IMG/VR virus record: IMGVR_UViG_3300044624_002303
Coordinates: 1 to 60,203 of that record
Source: a virus
Taxonomy: Duplodnaviria > Caudoviricetes
Reading direction: 5' to 3' (one strand)
DNA: 60,203 nucleotides
In this document: positions 34,111 to 43,121 of the stretch, piece by piece
How positions within the stretch are numbered: the first letter of the stretch is position 1
Layout of the letters: each line of letters opens with the position of its first letter
Notes under the pieces: model-generated
Database searches by the model: none
The model's input: only the letters and a program-made list of their open reading frames with translations
Told to the model about the DNA's origin: nothing
Translations under genes and position numbers: made by a program

Positions 34111-34463
34111 GACGCTTCTTTAAAATCTCTTAAGTCAATGACCTTGGGATAGGACAAATCCATCCAGGCTTTAATTCTATCCAGCTTATCTTCTGAAAAG
34201 TACTCTTGTTGTTTGTACCAGGTCTCCATATCACTTGATGCTTTGTTTGCATTGCATTTTTTACAGGCTGGAACTAGATTATGACGATTAGAACAACCAG
34301 ATTTAAAACGTGGAATAATGTGATCAAGGCTCGTGGCAGCCTCGCCGCAATAACCACACTTATGATCCCAGGCTTGATATATACTTTCTCTAAAACGTTT
34401 CTTGGCAAGCTTTGGTGTTAATTCAACTAGCAGGGCGAGGGGCTCGTGCTGGCTGCAAAACAT
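34107..34463 (-). CDS. HNH endonuclease
   Basis: CGYCG..SLDHIIPRFKSG...NLVPACKKCNANK. Confidence 0.88.
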   Translation of the reverse strand: MFCSQHEPLALLVELTPKLAKKRFRESIYQAWDHKCGYCGEAATSLDHIIPRFKSGCSNRHNLVPACKKCNANKASSDMETWYKQQEYFSEDKLDRIKAWMDLSYPKVIDLRDFKEAS

Positions 34464-34599
34464 GCTCTTCGATTGCCGTTAATTTATTCTAATTTCCCCA
34501 TACAGTTTCATGGTCACAGCAAAGAGATAAAACTTTTCTTAAGACCGTTGACGCCGTCTTGACTTGCGGTAAGTTGTATGGGTAACGACTGCCAAACCA

Positions 34600-34818
34600 A
34601 TGGCTAAGCACCCTGGCTGGGTCTCTGCTCAGCAACTTGAAGAACTCCTTGGAATCGATCGCAAGACGCTCTTCAAGTACCGCGACGACGGCACCCTGAA
34701 GCTAGGTCCACACTACGCCGCATTCCCGGAGACCCGTTCCAGGGATAGCTACCGTTGGAATGTATCTGCAGTCAGACGGCACCTTACAAAGAACGGCATG
34801 ATGCCTGTTGCCGCATAA
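34600..34818 (+). CDS. small HTH DNA-binding protein (excisionase/Nu1-like)
   Basis: WVSAQQLEELLGIDRKTLFKYRDDGTLKLGPHY; upstream TTGACG-16-TAAGTT. Confidence 0.7.
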   Translation: MAKHPGWVSAQQLEELLGIDRKTLFKYRDDGTLKLGPHYAAFPETRSRDSYRWNVSAVRRHLTKNGMMPVAA

Positions 34819-34839
34819 CCACATCAAACAATGTGTGAA

Positions 34840-34865
34840 GGCTCTGCAAAATGCAGAGCTTTTTT
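34840..34865 (+). terminator. Rho-independent terminator
   Basis: GCTCTGC-AAAAT-GCAGAGC-TTTTTT. Confidence 0.7.
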
Positions 34866-36414
34866 ATGGCGTGTAAGGTAGGCCATTCTTATCAAACATT
34901 GTGAAGTTTTGGATTTCAATGCGATCAGTCGCAAAGTTAAACAAACGTTGCAGCATAGGAAAGATCATTGGTGATTGACTGTTGTAAGGCGGTACATCCA
35001 TTTTCGACAACGCTCTTTTTGTTTCGTTGAATTCACGCAAGCTTTGTTGTTCTTTTTCTGCTTTTGCTACAAGTGCTTGTTCCCAAGCTGCCATGCTTCC
35101 AATGCCAACAGGAAAATCAGAAGGCTCTGGTGGAAACAATCGATCTTTAAACTTAAGTGCGTAGATATGTTTGCAGTATCGCAATTCATCTAACAATGGC
35201 GTCCAACTATCATCCACTGCTGTAATTGTAATTTGTTCAATGGAGTCCGTATCAGTAAGCTGCGTTACAGACGAATAATCGTTAAAGCCTGGAATTCCTT
35301 CTGACCTAGAACCTGCGACGGCAATGTCACTTGTGCTCCTGGTGTAAGTGGAACCAAACTCTCTGTAGACTCCAGGGTTATCTCTTGCTGAATTAAAGCT
35401 TCCTACTGAATCATTTGTGACTTGATAACCAAGCTCAAAGCCTTCCGGCGAAATAACTTCAAGAGATCTGTTTTGATCGTTGCGTGTCATTGCGTTGTTG
35501 TCAAGGATGCCATCTCGTTTGGTTAACTCAAAACGCCCAGGTTTAATACTGGAAACACCAGTGCGCGGGAATTGTTTTTTGTTGCTTTCACCAGTGGTAG
35601 ACAAGAAGGAATAATCTCTGCGCGTGAAGTCTTGACACGTACAGGAGTATCTTGATCCTGTGATAAGGAATCGCCCAGGTGTAAACCCTATTGGTGAGGG
35701 GGTAACAAATACACCATCCGGCGTTACTTGCACTGAACCTGCTTTTTTAAATGTCAAGATTCCAGTGTCTTGATTAATTGCAATTACAACTGCTTGAACG
35801 TAGCCGTACCTAGTCTGTGTTGCAGGATTAATGGTGTCTTTGTTTATGATGTCGCCATCAACCGTAATAATACGGTCTTCAAAAATCTCTGTGTTTGCAG
35901 GTTTTAGGCCGTCAGGTTCCCCTGGGACTGGAATATAAAAAGGTGACGGAAGTGGGTTGGTTGAGCTCCAGGTACCCGCTAGCTTCACATACCAGTTATT
36001 AGCGTCTTCTGTTACTGATTCAATGAATAGTTTTTGGGTGCTGACAGGATCAGTTAATTTATCGCACCGAACAGAGCCTGCGTAACGCCAGATGGCCCAG
36101 TGCATACCAAGGTCTTTATTGGTCGTCGGGTAACCGACAAAAGCACCTGAGACTACAGGCGATGGATTCCCACTTGTTGTGGCGTTAGGAATGTCGTAAC
36201 GAAATTGGTATGTGTAGTCGTTATTGTGTGTCGTTGCAGTTGCAAGCTCGTAGCCTCTACGCCAACGAGCCCAAGCCGATTCTCTGTTAATCGTGTAGAT
36301 GGAATCAGGTACTGACCCTTTGGAGAACTCAGTCGTGATCGGTTTAACCGGCCTCGGGTCAAAGACTTCAGACCGGTTGAAATTACCAAAAGAGCTTCCA
36401 CTCTTTTTGGCCAT
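34864..36414 (-). CDS. SWIM-like zinc finger protein in the structural region
   Basis: YSCTCQDF...YCKHIYAL with a long insert between the ligand pairs. Confidence 0.6.
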   Translation of the reverse strand: MAKKSGSSFGNFNRSEVFDPRPVKPITTEFSKGSVPDSIYTINRESAWARWRRGYELATATTHNNDYTYQFRYDIPNATTSGNPSPVVSGAFVGYPTTNKDLGMHWAIWRYAGSVRCDKLTDPVSTQKLFIESVTEDANNWYVKLAGTWSSTNPLPSPFYIPVPGEPDGLKPANTEIFEDRIITVDGDIINKDTINPATQTRYGYVQAVVIAINQDTGILTFKKAGSVQVTPDGVFVTPSPIGFTPGRFLITGSRYSCTCQDFTRRDYSFLSTTGESNKKQFPRTGVSSIKPGRFELTKRDGILDNNAMTRNDQNRSLEVISPEGFELGYQVTNDSVGSFNSARDNPGVYREFGSTYTRSTSDIAVAGSRSEGIPGFNDYSSVTQLTDTDSIEQITITAVDDSWTPLLDELRYCKHIYALKFKDRLFPPEPSDFPVGIGSMAAWEQALVAKAEKEQQSLREFNETKRALSKMDVPPYNSQSPMIFPMLQRLFNFATDRIEIQNFTMFDKNGLPYTP

Positions 36415-36416
36415 AA

Positions 36417-37208
36417 TCAGAAGAATCCGCCTTGAGCAGTGACGTGAGCACCTGGGATGTAACCAGAGCTATTGGGGCCGTCAGGAAACACACCAACGTA
36501 AATACGGTCGCCTCGTTCCAGGTAGATGCCCTTGTTGCGTAGGGGAGCAGTGGAACCTAATCCAGTGGTGTTACCAGCCTGTGCAACGGGAGCGGCAAGT
36601 TGCGGCATTAGGTCGGAGCAGTCGACAGTGCCACTGTTAGCTGGAAGAGTCTTGGCAAAGAGTACTTTGTAATCACCAGAAGCTGGGATAGGTACGGTCG
36701 TACCACGAGTCTGGTAGAACACGATAGTTACCGCTGGCTGATAACCATAGGCAACACCGTTGTACGAAAAACCACTGGCGGTTCCACCTGAATAAACTAA
36801 TGCGGTATTAACGCCCGTAAGAGTTGTTGCTCCCGTGTAAGTGTAATAACCGTAACCACTGCCGGGAGCAGTAGCTAAGACCCCAGTGGCAGCAACAAAC
36901 ACAATCTGACCACTGACAAGAGATATAACAGTACCAGAAGTCGACGCATTAACGGTGTAATCTGGGCCACGATAAAAGTCATTACGACTGATGGTAATGG
37001 AATCAACAACGCCGCCACTATTGTTATCTTCTTGCAGAGCAGCGTCCATATCCACCAAAATCGATGGAGCTTGTCCGCCCTGCACAAAGAGAGTATTGGC
37101 AGTAGAACTACCAACAGTCTGAGTCGTTACCCGAACCGAATCAAATAACGGCCGGTCAATAAGCAGGGGTTGCTTGTTCGTGCTAGTACTAGATATTTGA
37201 CTAAACAC
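36417..37208 (-). CDS. virion structural protein
   Basis: STSTNKQPLLIDRP...GIYLERGD...AQGGFF; Thr/Gly-rich beta composition. Confidence 0.65.
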   Translation of the reverse strand: MFSQISSTSTNKQPLLIDRPLFDSVRVTTQTVGSSTANTLFVQGGQAPSILVDMDAALQEDNNSGGVVDSITISRNDFYRGPDYTVNASTSGTVISLVSGQIVFVAATGVLATAPGSGYGYYTYTGATTLTGVNTALVYSGGTASGFSYNGVAYGYQPAVTIVFYQTRGTTVPIPASGDYKVLFAKTLPANSGTVDCSDLMPQLAAPVAQAGNTTGLGSTAPLRNKGIYLERGDRIYVGVFPDGPNSSGYIPGAHVTAQGGFF

Positions 37209-37257
37209 CCTGTCTACGCTAGTTTGACAGGGGCCTCCAAAAACTTCTCTTATTCTA

Positions 37258-37509
37258 ATGGCACAAACAACTTTTCAGTGTGCTTGTTGTGGTAAGTTTT
37301 ACGAACGCCAAGGAAATACCGCAGCTTGGCATCGAAAGCGTTTGCGAGATAGGGGGTATGTCTATTGCTCAAAGAACTGCGCTTCTTTTAAACATGGTGG
37401 AAACAGAGATAAAACACCAGAATACGGTTCATGGTGTGCAATGAAAAGCCGCTGCAATTGTATTGGTACAACTCATCTAACGTGGTTTAACCATATGGAT
37501 TCATGTTGA
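37258..37509 (+). pseudogene. truncated HNH-type homing endonuclease remnant
   Basis: CACCG..YCSKNC..KHGG..TPEYGSWCAMKSRC, then the family pattern is lost where it runs into the opposing lysozyme gene. Confidence 0.55.
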
Positions 37510-38191
37510 GCAACATTTGAAATGGGTTCATAGCAAGAGGTTGTGCAGGCGTCAACAAAAGCTCCCCTACCAACTGTTCTTTAAACAATTCACCAAAAGA
37601 TTTATCTGTTGGTTTACTGCCCTCCATTGCCGATAAGAAGCCTTGGAGGAAACCGGTAGAAGATGTTTCCTGTCCTGTGGTTGCTCCTTGTGCTTGTTCG
37701 CCGGAGAGAGGTTGCCTTCCTTGTTGATAGGTTTTCTGTAATTCAGAATAACTTTTAACGGGTTGACCGTAATAACTCTTGCCTTCTTTCGTAGGAAGTG
37801 ACGCCCACTCAGGTGCAAGAGCAGCAACAAACTCAGGTGTTAAACCTTGTTTCTGTAAATAAGAAAGGCCGCCAAGACCCATGGTACGTTGGCGTGCAAG
37901 ATCAAGTGCAGCAATGTCTTGCTCAACCGGACCAAAAGAGCCTAAGCCAAGTTTCTTCTGTTGTTGTTGCCAGGTTGGTGTAAGGAATTGATAAGCACCG
38001 GCAGCGGTACTTCTTCCTTTCATTACTTTGTCTGGGTGTTGCTTGAGATCTGGCGCAAGCGATCCACCAAACATGACTCGATATGAGTCTTGACCACCAC
38101 GTTCTGTTCCTTCCGCAAAACGCAACATACGCAAAAGACCTTGCGCTTCCGGCGTTTGTCTAAACTTTTCGTAAAAGGAACGATCTGCCAT
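37487..38191 (-). CDS. lambda R-like lysozyme / transglycosylase (GH104), probably virion-associated
   Basis: LRMLRFAEGT...STAAGAYQFLTPTW...F.P.EQDIAAL...EWASLP. Confidence 0.88.
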   Translation of the reverse strand: MADRSFYEKFRQTPEAQGLLRMLRFAEGTERGGQDSYRVMFGGSLAPDLKQHPDKVMKGRSTAAGAYQFLTPTWQQQQKKLGLGSFGPVEQDIAALDLARQRTMGLGGLSYLQKQGLTPEFVAALAPEWASLPTKEGKSYYGQPVKSYSELQKTYQQGRQPLSGEQAQGATTGQETSSTGFLQGFLSAMEGSKPTDKSFGELFKEQLVGELLLTPAQPLAMNPFQMLLNMNPYG

Positions 38192-38195
38192 GGTG

Positions 38196-38312
38196 TTATG
38201 CTCCTACCCAATTTGAACTTGCTCTAAGACCAGGGATAAAAACAGCTTGTAATGCAACAACAAGACTGAGCTTGGTCGTGAGGCGTTTAACAAAATTGGG
38301 ACAAAGGATCAT
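38196..38312 (-). CDS. 38 aa signal-peptide-like ORF (absent from the ORF track)
   Basis: MILCPNFVKRLTTKLSLVVALQAVFIPGLRASSNWVGA; ends 4 nt before the lysozyme ATG. Confidence 0.4.
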   Translation of the reverse strand: MILCPNFVKRLTTKLSLVVALQAVFIPGLRASSNWVGA

Positions 38313-38397
38313 GGGTCTAAAGCAACAACACTGGCTCCCGTGAATCAAAGATTCGTGTCCAGTAGGCTGGGCTTACATGCTAAGCAATGCCAGGGTT

Positions 38398-39327
38398 TTA
38401 TTTCTTGACTAACTTAAGAAGCTCTTCAAACTTAGCAGCATCCATTACATTGGGCTGACCAAATACAGATGTTGTAGCTGTACCAAGGGGAGCTGCGCCT
38501 AAACCTGACAATTCAGATGTTGGTTTAATCGTGGAGTAAGGAGGTGGCGTCTGTGCTCCAGGGGCAAGGTTAGAGGTTACACCAAAGCCTGTGGAGTAAC
38601 CAGTGCCTGTCGGTAAACCAGGAACTTGTGTCGGGAAGCCTTGCGGTGTTGGCACAAGTTGTTCGGTAATACCAAAGCCTTGTCCTGCACGCGCCATGTT
38701 ACCGGCAAGAGTGCCTTGAATTGCTTCGTAGCCAGACTGTCCGGCTTTGACTTTGGCAGCAAGGGTGGGATTGGCTTTTGCCCACATCTGCATGCCGATA
38801 TCTTCTGCAGATTGCACTTGTTCTGCTGTTGCACCAGGTGCTACGGCTTTTAGACGAGCGGCTTCATAACGTTGAAGCTCAGGGTCTTGAGCAGTTAACT
38901 GAGCAACACGAGAAGTCTCTGCGGCTTGGGCACGTTCTCCTGGTGTGCCACCAAAGGGACGAAAACCAGGATCTGAATAGCCTGCGTTACCACCACCTCC
39001 ACCGCCGCCGCCGGGTCGTGTTTTAGCAGGATAAAGAAGACGCCCGCTTACCGCGTCATAAATATTTCCTTGGGCATCTGCATAAGAAGGTTGGCTATAA
39101 GGCTTACCGTTACCCGTTCTGTAACGAAAATTACCGCCTGCAGGATGATAAGCAGTTCCAAGCATCCCCCATGATTTATTTATTTTTTCTCTACCTGTTA
39201 AAGGAGTTCCTCGGGTGCCAATGCCCGCTTGATTTAACAGATTTGCAGCGCCCTGAAGAACATTTTGACCGCCACGAAAAAGCTGCCCAAGTGTAAATTG
39301 ACTGGCATAATTGTAAAGATCAGCCAT
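38398..39327 (-). CDS. Gly/Ala/Pro-rich virion protein
   Basis: Low-complexity ORF in the structural run. Confidence 0.65.
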   Translation of the reverse strand: MADLYNYASQFTLGQLFRGGQNVLQGAANLLNQAGIGTRGTPLTGREKINKSWGMLGTAYHPAGGNFRYRTGNGKPYSQPSYADAQGNIYDAVSGRLLYPAKTRPGGGGGGGGNAGYSDPGFRPFGGTPGERAQAAETSRVAQLTAQDPELQRYEAARLKAVAPGATAEQVQSAEDIGMQMWAKANPTLAAKVKAGQSGYEAIQGTLAGNMARAGQGFGITEQLVPTPQGFPTQVPGLPTGTGYSTGFGVTSNLAPGAQTPPPYSTIKPTSELSGLGAAPLGTATTSVFGQPNVMDAAKFEELLKLVKK

Positions 39328-39329
39328 AA

Positions 39330-39791
39330 TTACCTCCAAACCTCATGTAAATAAATGCGTGAACCAACACTGGTGTCGGCAGGGCCAGGTAAAGCCTGGA
39401 TGAATTCAGCACCAGAGCGTTCGTAACGATACCTGGCTTGGAACGGATCCTTGTAGTTAGGAACGTAAAGGATGCCGGCTAAACGGTTGGTTTCGTAGAG
39501 ATAAATCTCATCCCAAACCTTAAGCGCCTCTTTGGCATTACTGGATCTGATCGTACGATCAACGTCACCAACAATGTTTTCGATGCGCGTAGAGGGTGAA
39601 GTAGCAACTTCAGTCCTCTTTTCAGCAGTGTCGCAACGTCCAATTTGGATAGCGATTTTGTCATAGAAGTATGAATCCGGAACGGTATTCATAGCTTCTT
39701 CAAGTCGGGCATAGTCACCCGCCGGCACGGAAACCGTGAAGTAGCCTAGGTGATACCTGACTCTACTCTTGTCAAAATCGCTGAGCTGCAC
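39330..39791 (-). CDS. putative head-completion/adaptor protein
   Basis: LSDFDKSRVRYHLGY; helical; lies downstream of the capsid genes. Confidence 0.5.
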   Translation of the reverse strand: MQLSDFDKSRVRYHLGYFTVSVPAGDYARLEEAMNTVPDSYFYDKIAIQIGRCDTAEKRTEVATSPSTRIENIVGDVDRTIRSSNAKEALKVWDEIYLYETNRLAGILYVPNYKDPFQARYRYERSGAEFIQALPGPADTSVGSRIYLHEVWR

Positions 39792-39830
39792 AGCTTATTT
39801 CCGTATGTTCTCAATTATAAATGCAGTGAA

Positions 39831-40478
39831 TTAAACGGCGTATGGATTAGGAAGGCTGGCTAGTAACTCCATGGGGTTGATTGTTTGAGCGGGTTGCAAT
39901 AATTGTTGGACAAATTGACGTTTCATCTTCGTTGCACTACTTTCTTTTGGTTCACCCGCAAAGCCAGTGCCAAGCAAGTAACCCATTAAAAACTCTTTAG
40001 GATCTGTACCTGCACCAGAAGGATCGGCTACTTTCGTACCTGTTAAATCAGCGGCTTCGCCTAAGGACTGCATATGTCCTAAACGAATCTTGTATTTATT
40101 ATCTCCCGTGACAAACGTAGACAGGTTTCCGTAAGCACCCTGATTTGCTAAAGGAACATATTTACCCGCTCCTTCATAAAAGACTGGCGTTCCCTCTGGC
40201 AGTGCCCAATCCTCACCTTGGTGTTGACGCCCTCCACGGGGGCCAAATTTAGAAGTGACTGTAATACCAGCCTCTGGATTAAAAGCAAATTTACCTTCCG
40301 GAGTTTGTATTAAAGCCGGAACTCTTTTTTCACCAATACGTAAACCAGCAAGAGGAGTACGTATTGTTTCCGGATTTATACGAGCACCTGTCGCAAGATC
40401 TTCTACTTCAACATGTAAATGTGGACCAGTTGATCTACCGGTAGAACCAACACGTCCTTTAAATGTGATGCCAGCCAT
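39831..40478 (-). CDS. circularly permuted M23 metallopeptidase
   Basis: GSTGRSTGPHLHVEV at the N-terminus precedes TSKFGPR..HQGED and YGNL..LGHM. Confidence 0.8.
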   Translation of the reverse strand: MAGITFKGRVGSTGRSTGPHLHVEVEDLATGARINPETIRTPLAGLRIGEKRVPALIQTPEGKFAFNPEAGITVTSKFGPRGGRQHQGEDWALPEGTPVFYEGAGKYVPLANQGAYGNLSTFVTGDNKYKIRLGHMQSLGEAADLTGTKVADPSGAGTDPKEFLMGYLLGTGFAGEPKESSATKMKRQFVQQLLQPAQTINPMELLASLPNPYAV

Positions 40479-40505
40479 ATTACTGTTTATTTTTAATTGT
40501 AAGAC

Positions 40506-40530
40506 TAAAAAACCCCTGGTTTCCCAGGGG
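40506..40530 (-). terminator. Rho-independent terminator ending the capsid operon
   Basis: CCCCTGG-GAAA-CCAGGGG-TTTTTT on the - strand. Confidence 0.8.
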
Positions 40531-40550
40531 CATAGTTTGGAGATGAGTAA

Positions 40551-40979
40551 TCAAACCCTGATCAGGTCCGCAGCAATCACCGCATCCCAGTCAACTCGCT
40601 TGATTTGTTTTAACTGTTCGAGATTGTTGAACCTTTCACCCGATAAGGACATCTGAAGATCTTTAATCTCTCGGGCTGTTTTCAATCCAATGCCCTTAAT
40701 ATGATCAGCGATCATCTGGGCGGTAGCTGAATTGATATTTAAACGGTTGTCCGGGGGGAAAGTACGTGGCTCTTCCTGAGCAGCTTTATCTTTTACTTGA
40801 AGCGTCTTTACCGTTTTGGTAGCAGCTTCATCAGGTGTAAGTTCAGTTCTGTAAGCGGTATAAAGGCGACCGTCCTGATCTTCGACCATGTACCAGTCGC
40901 CGTTATCCCATTCGCTTACAATCTTGACTCTTGCACCTGTTTTTTTGTGCTGATAAAGCATTGCTGCAGTGGTTGACAT
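40551..40979 (-). CDS. helix-hairpin-helix (ComEA-like) DNA-binding protein
   Basis: LNINSATAQMI..IKGIGLKTA..I...ERFNNLEQL. Confidence 0.8.
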   Translation of the reverse strand: MSTTAAMLYQHKKTGARVKIVSEWDNGDWYMVEDQDGRLYTAYRTELTPDEAATKTVKTLQVKDKAAQEEPRTFPPDNRLNINSATAQMIADHIKGIGLKTAREIKDLQMSLSGERFNNLEQLKQIKRVDWDAVIAADLIRV

Positions 40980-41014
40980 AAGACCAGTTACTTACTGGTC
41001 TTAGTTTAACCTAA

Positions 41015-41818
41015 TCAGCTAACAGTGCGGCCCAGGAGGTAGCCATCGATATCTTCGTAGCCAGGTGCTTCATCAGGTTGGATGTAGCAGCACTCAACAA
41101 CGAGGTAACCAACGCGACCACCGCTTGCATCACCGCTGGAGATGTAGAAGCCACCGGAAGTAGCAGTGCTATTCGCGGTTTCTTTTGCAAACACCTTCAG
41201 GGTGGTGGCAGCGGTAGCAGCATAGTTCACGTTACCGGCGGTCACACCGGCTGCGCCGGATGCAATCAGGAACGGATTGGTGCTGTAAGCAGCGGAACCA
41301 GCAGCGAAGTAGATCTCGCCAGCCTGGGTACCAGACACGGTGGAAGTTAGGTTGGCCTGGATCACACCTTCGCCAATACCGGAGGCAGCGGTGGGGCTAC
41401 CACCATTGCTGCGACCGAAGGAGATCACGTTACCAGTGGCTGCATAAACACCAGAGGAAACACGACCATCACCCCAACCAGAAGCAACGGAGATGGTGGA
41501 GCGGTACACATAAGCAGGCAGGGTGCTGCTACCAGAAATCACCATGCCGGTGATGTCGGGGCGAGTATCGTCCTGGCGGTAAGGCGAAGGAACGATCACA
41601 TCGGCTGCAGCCACAGGACCGCTACCGGAAGTTGCGGTAACAGGCACGTAACCGCGCTGCTGGAAGTAACGGTAGCCAGGGAGAGCCAGCACGGAAGTGG
41701 GGCCGCCCTTAGAGCCTTCATTGGTACCATCGCCATTGTTGTCGATGTTTTTGTACCAGCCGTTCAGAGGTTCTGCCCAGTTACCTGGGAAGATTTTTTT
41801 AGCGGACAAATAGGTCAT
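41015..41818 (-). CDS. minor capsid/decoration protein
   Basis: Immediately after the MCP with the same strong codon bias; G/S/T/A-rich. Confidence 0.6.
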   Translation of the reverse strand: MTYLSAKKIFPGNWAEPLNGWYKNIDNNGDGTNEGSKGGPTSVLALPGYRYFQQRGYVPVTATSGSGPVAAADVIVPSPYRQDDTRPDITGMVISGSSTLPAYVYRSTISVASGWGDGRVSSGVYAATGNVISFGRSNGGSPTAASGIGEGVIQANLTSTVSGTQAGEIYFAAGSAAYSTNPFLIASGAAGVTAGNVNYAATAATTLKVFAKETANSTATSGGFYISSGDASGGRVGYLVVECCYIQPDEAPGYEDIDGYLLGRTVS

Positions 41819-41854
41819 TTATCTTTTCCTATGTTGTGTTTTATACGTTAGTTA

Positions 41855-43018
41855 TCAAACAGTGCCGTCATCTTGCACAAAGCTGTAAGCAGTGGTCACG
41901 AAGTCCTTGTTGAGGATCTCGAAACCAGCGTACAGTTGCCAAATCAGGATGATGAAACGGCTGAAGTCATCGTTGTTGTTGATGAGCACCTGAGCGTTCG
42001 GGCCGCCGATACCAACACCAACAGACTGAGGACCGAAGAAGAAGCCTTGGGCAGCTTCCCTGGAGGCATAGGTGGAACCACCATCAAAAGAGGCACTCAC
42101 ACTCTTGGTCGGGAAGTTAGTCGACTCGAAGAACTTCACGCCTTCAAACTGAACGCCAGTAGGCATTACAGGTTCACCAGCCAGGAAGTAGCCTTGGCCA
42201 GCCTGGGGACCCATGTAGAAGCTGGCGTTGTTAGGCATCATGGGATTACCCATGTACATGCCTTGGCCAGGGTTACCGGAGTAACGCGCAATCTCACGGA
42301 AGTCAGGATCACGACGCAGGTGCATCATGAAGGTAGGATCGCAGATGCAACGATACAGACCATCAGCAAAGGTCGGAACGTTACGCTTGCGCAGATCCTT
42401 AACAACAGTCAGCAGGTCAGTACGCACCTGGAACTGCTGAACTTCATTACCGTATTCGGTAGTGGTGTAGCTGACACGACCAGAGGAATCTTTGATCTTG
42501 TTACCAGCGAAGTAGTAACCGCCTTGGGTAGTAGAAGCAGCACCGTTGGCTTCTGCTTTCGACAGTTCGTCAATAAAGACGCGGTCACGCCAACGGCGAT
42601 AGTCGTCAAGCAGCGTCAGGCTACCGATCGACTGGTGGAACATATTCAGGTTGCCCGAATCCAGAAGCAGGCGCTGGGCCGTGATCAGGGTTTCACGAGC
42701 AATCTTGAAGGTCGAAGGCTGAGTCGGATCACCCGGATCGGCAGGACCAGTGTATTCCTTAAGCACCACCAGGACTTTCTCCTTGGTGATGTTACGGCTG
42801 TTAGCGGTACCGATGGTTTGGTCGGCAATACGCTCACGGCTGTCCTTAGTACCAGGGGTACCCCAGAACTTATAGCGATCAAGCTGAACAGTTTGACCAG
42901 GCTGACGAGTGAAGTCGTGAACAACTACAGGCTCGACTGCCATTTCTGCGATATACGCAGGGTGGGGACGGTAAAGTTCCGCACCCAAAATCTTTGGAAA
43001 GTCGTTATCAATGAACAC
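41855..43018 (-). CDS. major capsid protein
   Basis: 387 aa after portal and scaffold; strong GGAGG SD and high-expression codon bias; DFTRQPGQTVQLDRY and G.QFEGVKFFES motifs. Confidence 0.8.
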   Translation of the reverse strand: MFIDNDFPKILGAELYRPHPAYIAEMAVEPVVVHDFTRQPGQTVQLDRYKFWGTPGTKDSRERIADQTIGTANSRNITKEKVLVVLKEYTGPADPGDPTQPSTFKIARETLITAQRLLLDSGNLNMFHQSIGSLTLLDDYRRWRDRVFIDELSKAEANGAASTTQGGYYFAGNKIKDSSGRVSYTTTEYGNEVQQFQVRTDLLTVVKDLRKRNVPTFADGLYRCICDPTFMMHLRRDPDFREIARYSGNPGQGMYMGNPMMPNNASFYMGPQAGQGYFLAGEPVMPTGVQFEGVKFFESTNFPTKSVSASFDGGSTYASREAAQGFFFGPQSVGVGIGGPNAQVLINNNDDFSRFIILIWQLYAGFEILNKDFVTTAYSFVQDDGTV

Positions 43019-43121
43019 TTTGTTTTATCCTCCAGTGTCGCAGGAAGTGTTTTATCGGGTGAAAGATTCAGACATGAATATGTCTTATCTAACACAAATT
43101 TTAGCAGTCCGTAATTTAATA

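Noticed and set aside
41873-43114. 413 aa + strand ORF antisense to the major capsid gene
   Set aside because: Shadow ORF expected from the strong codon bias of the MCP; no recognisable motifs.
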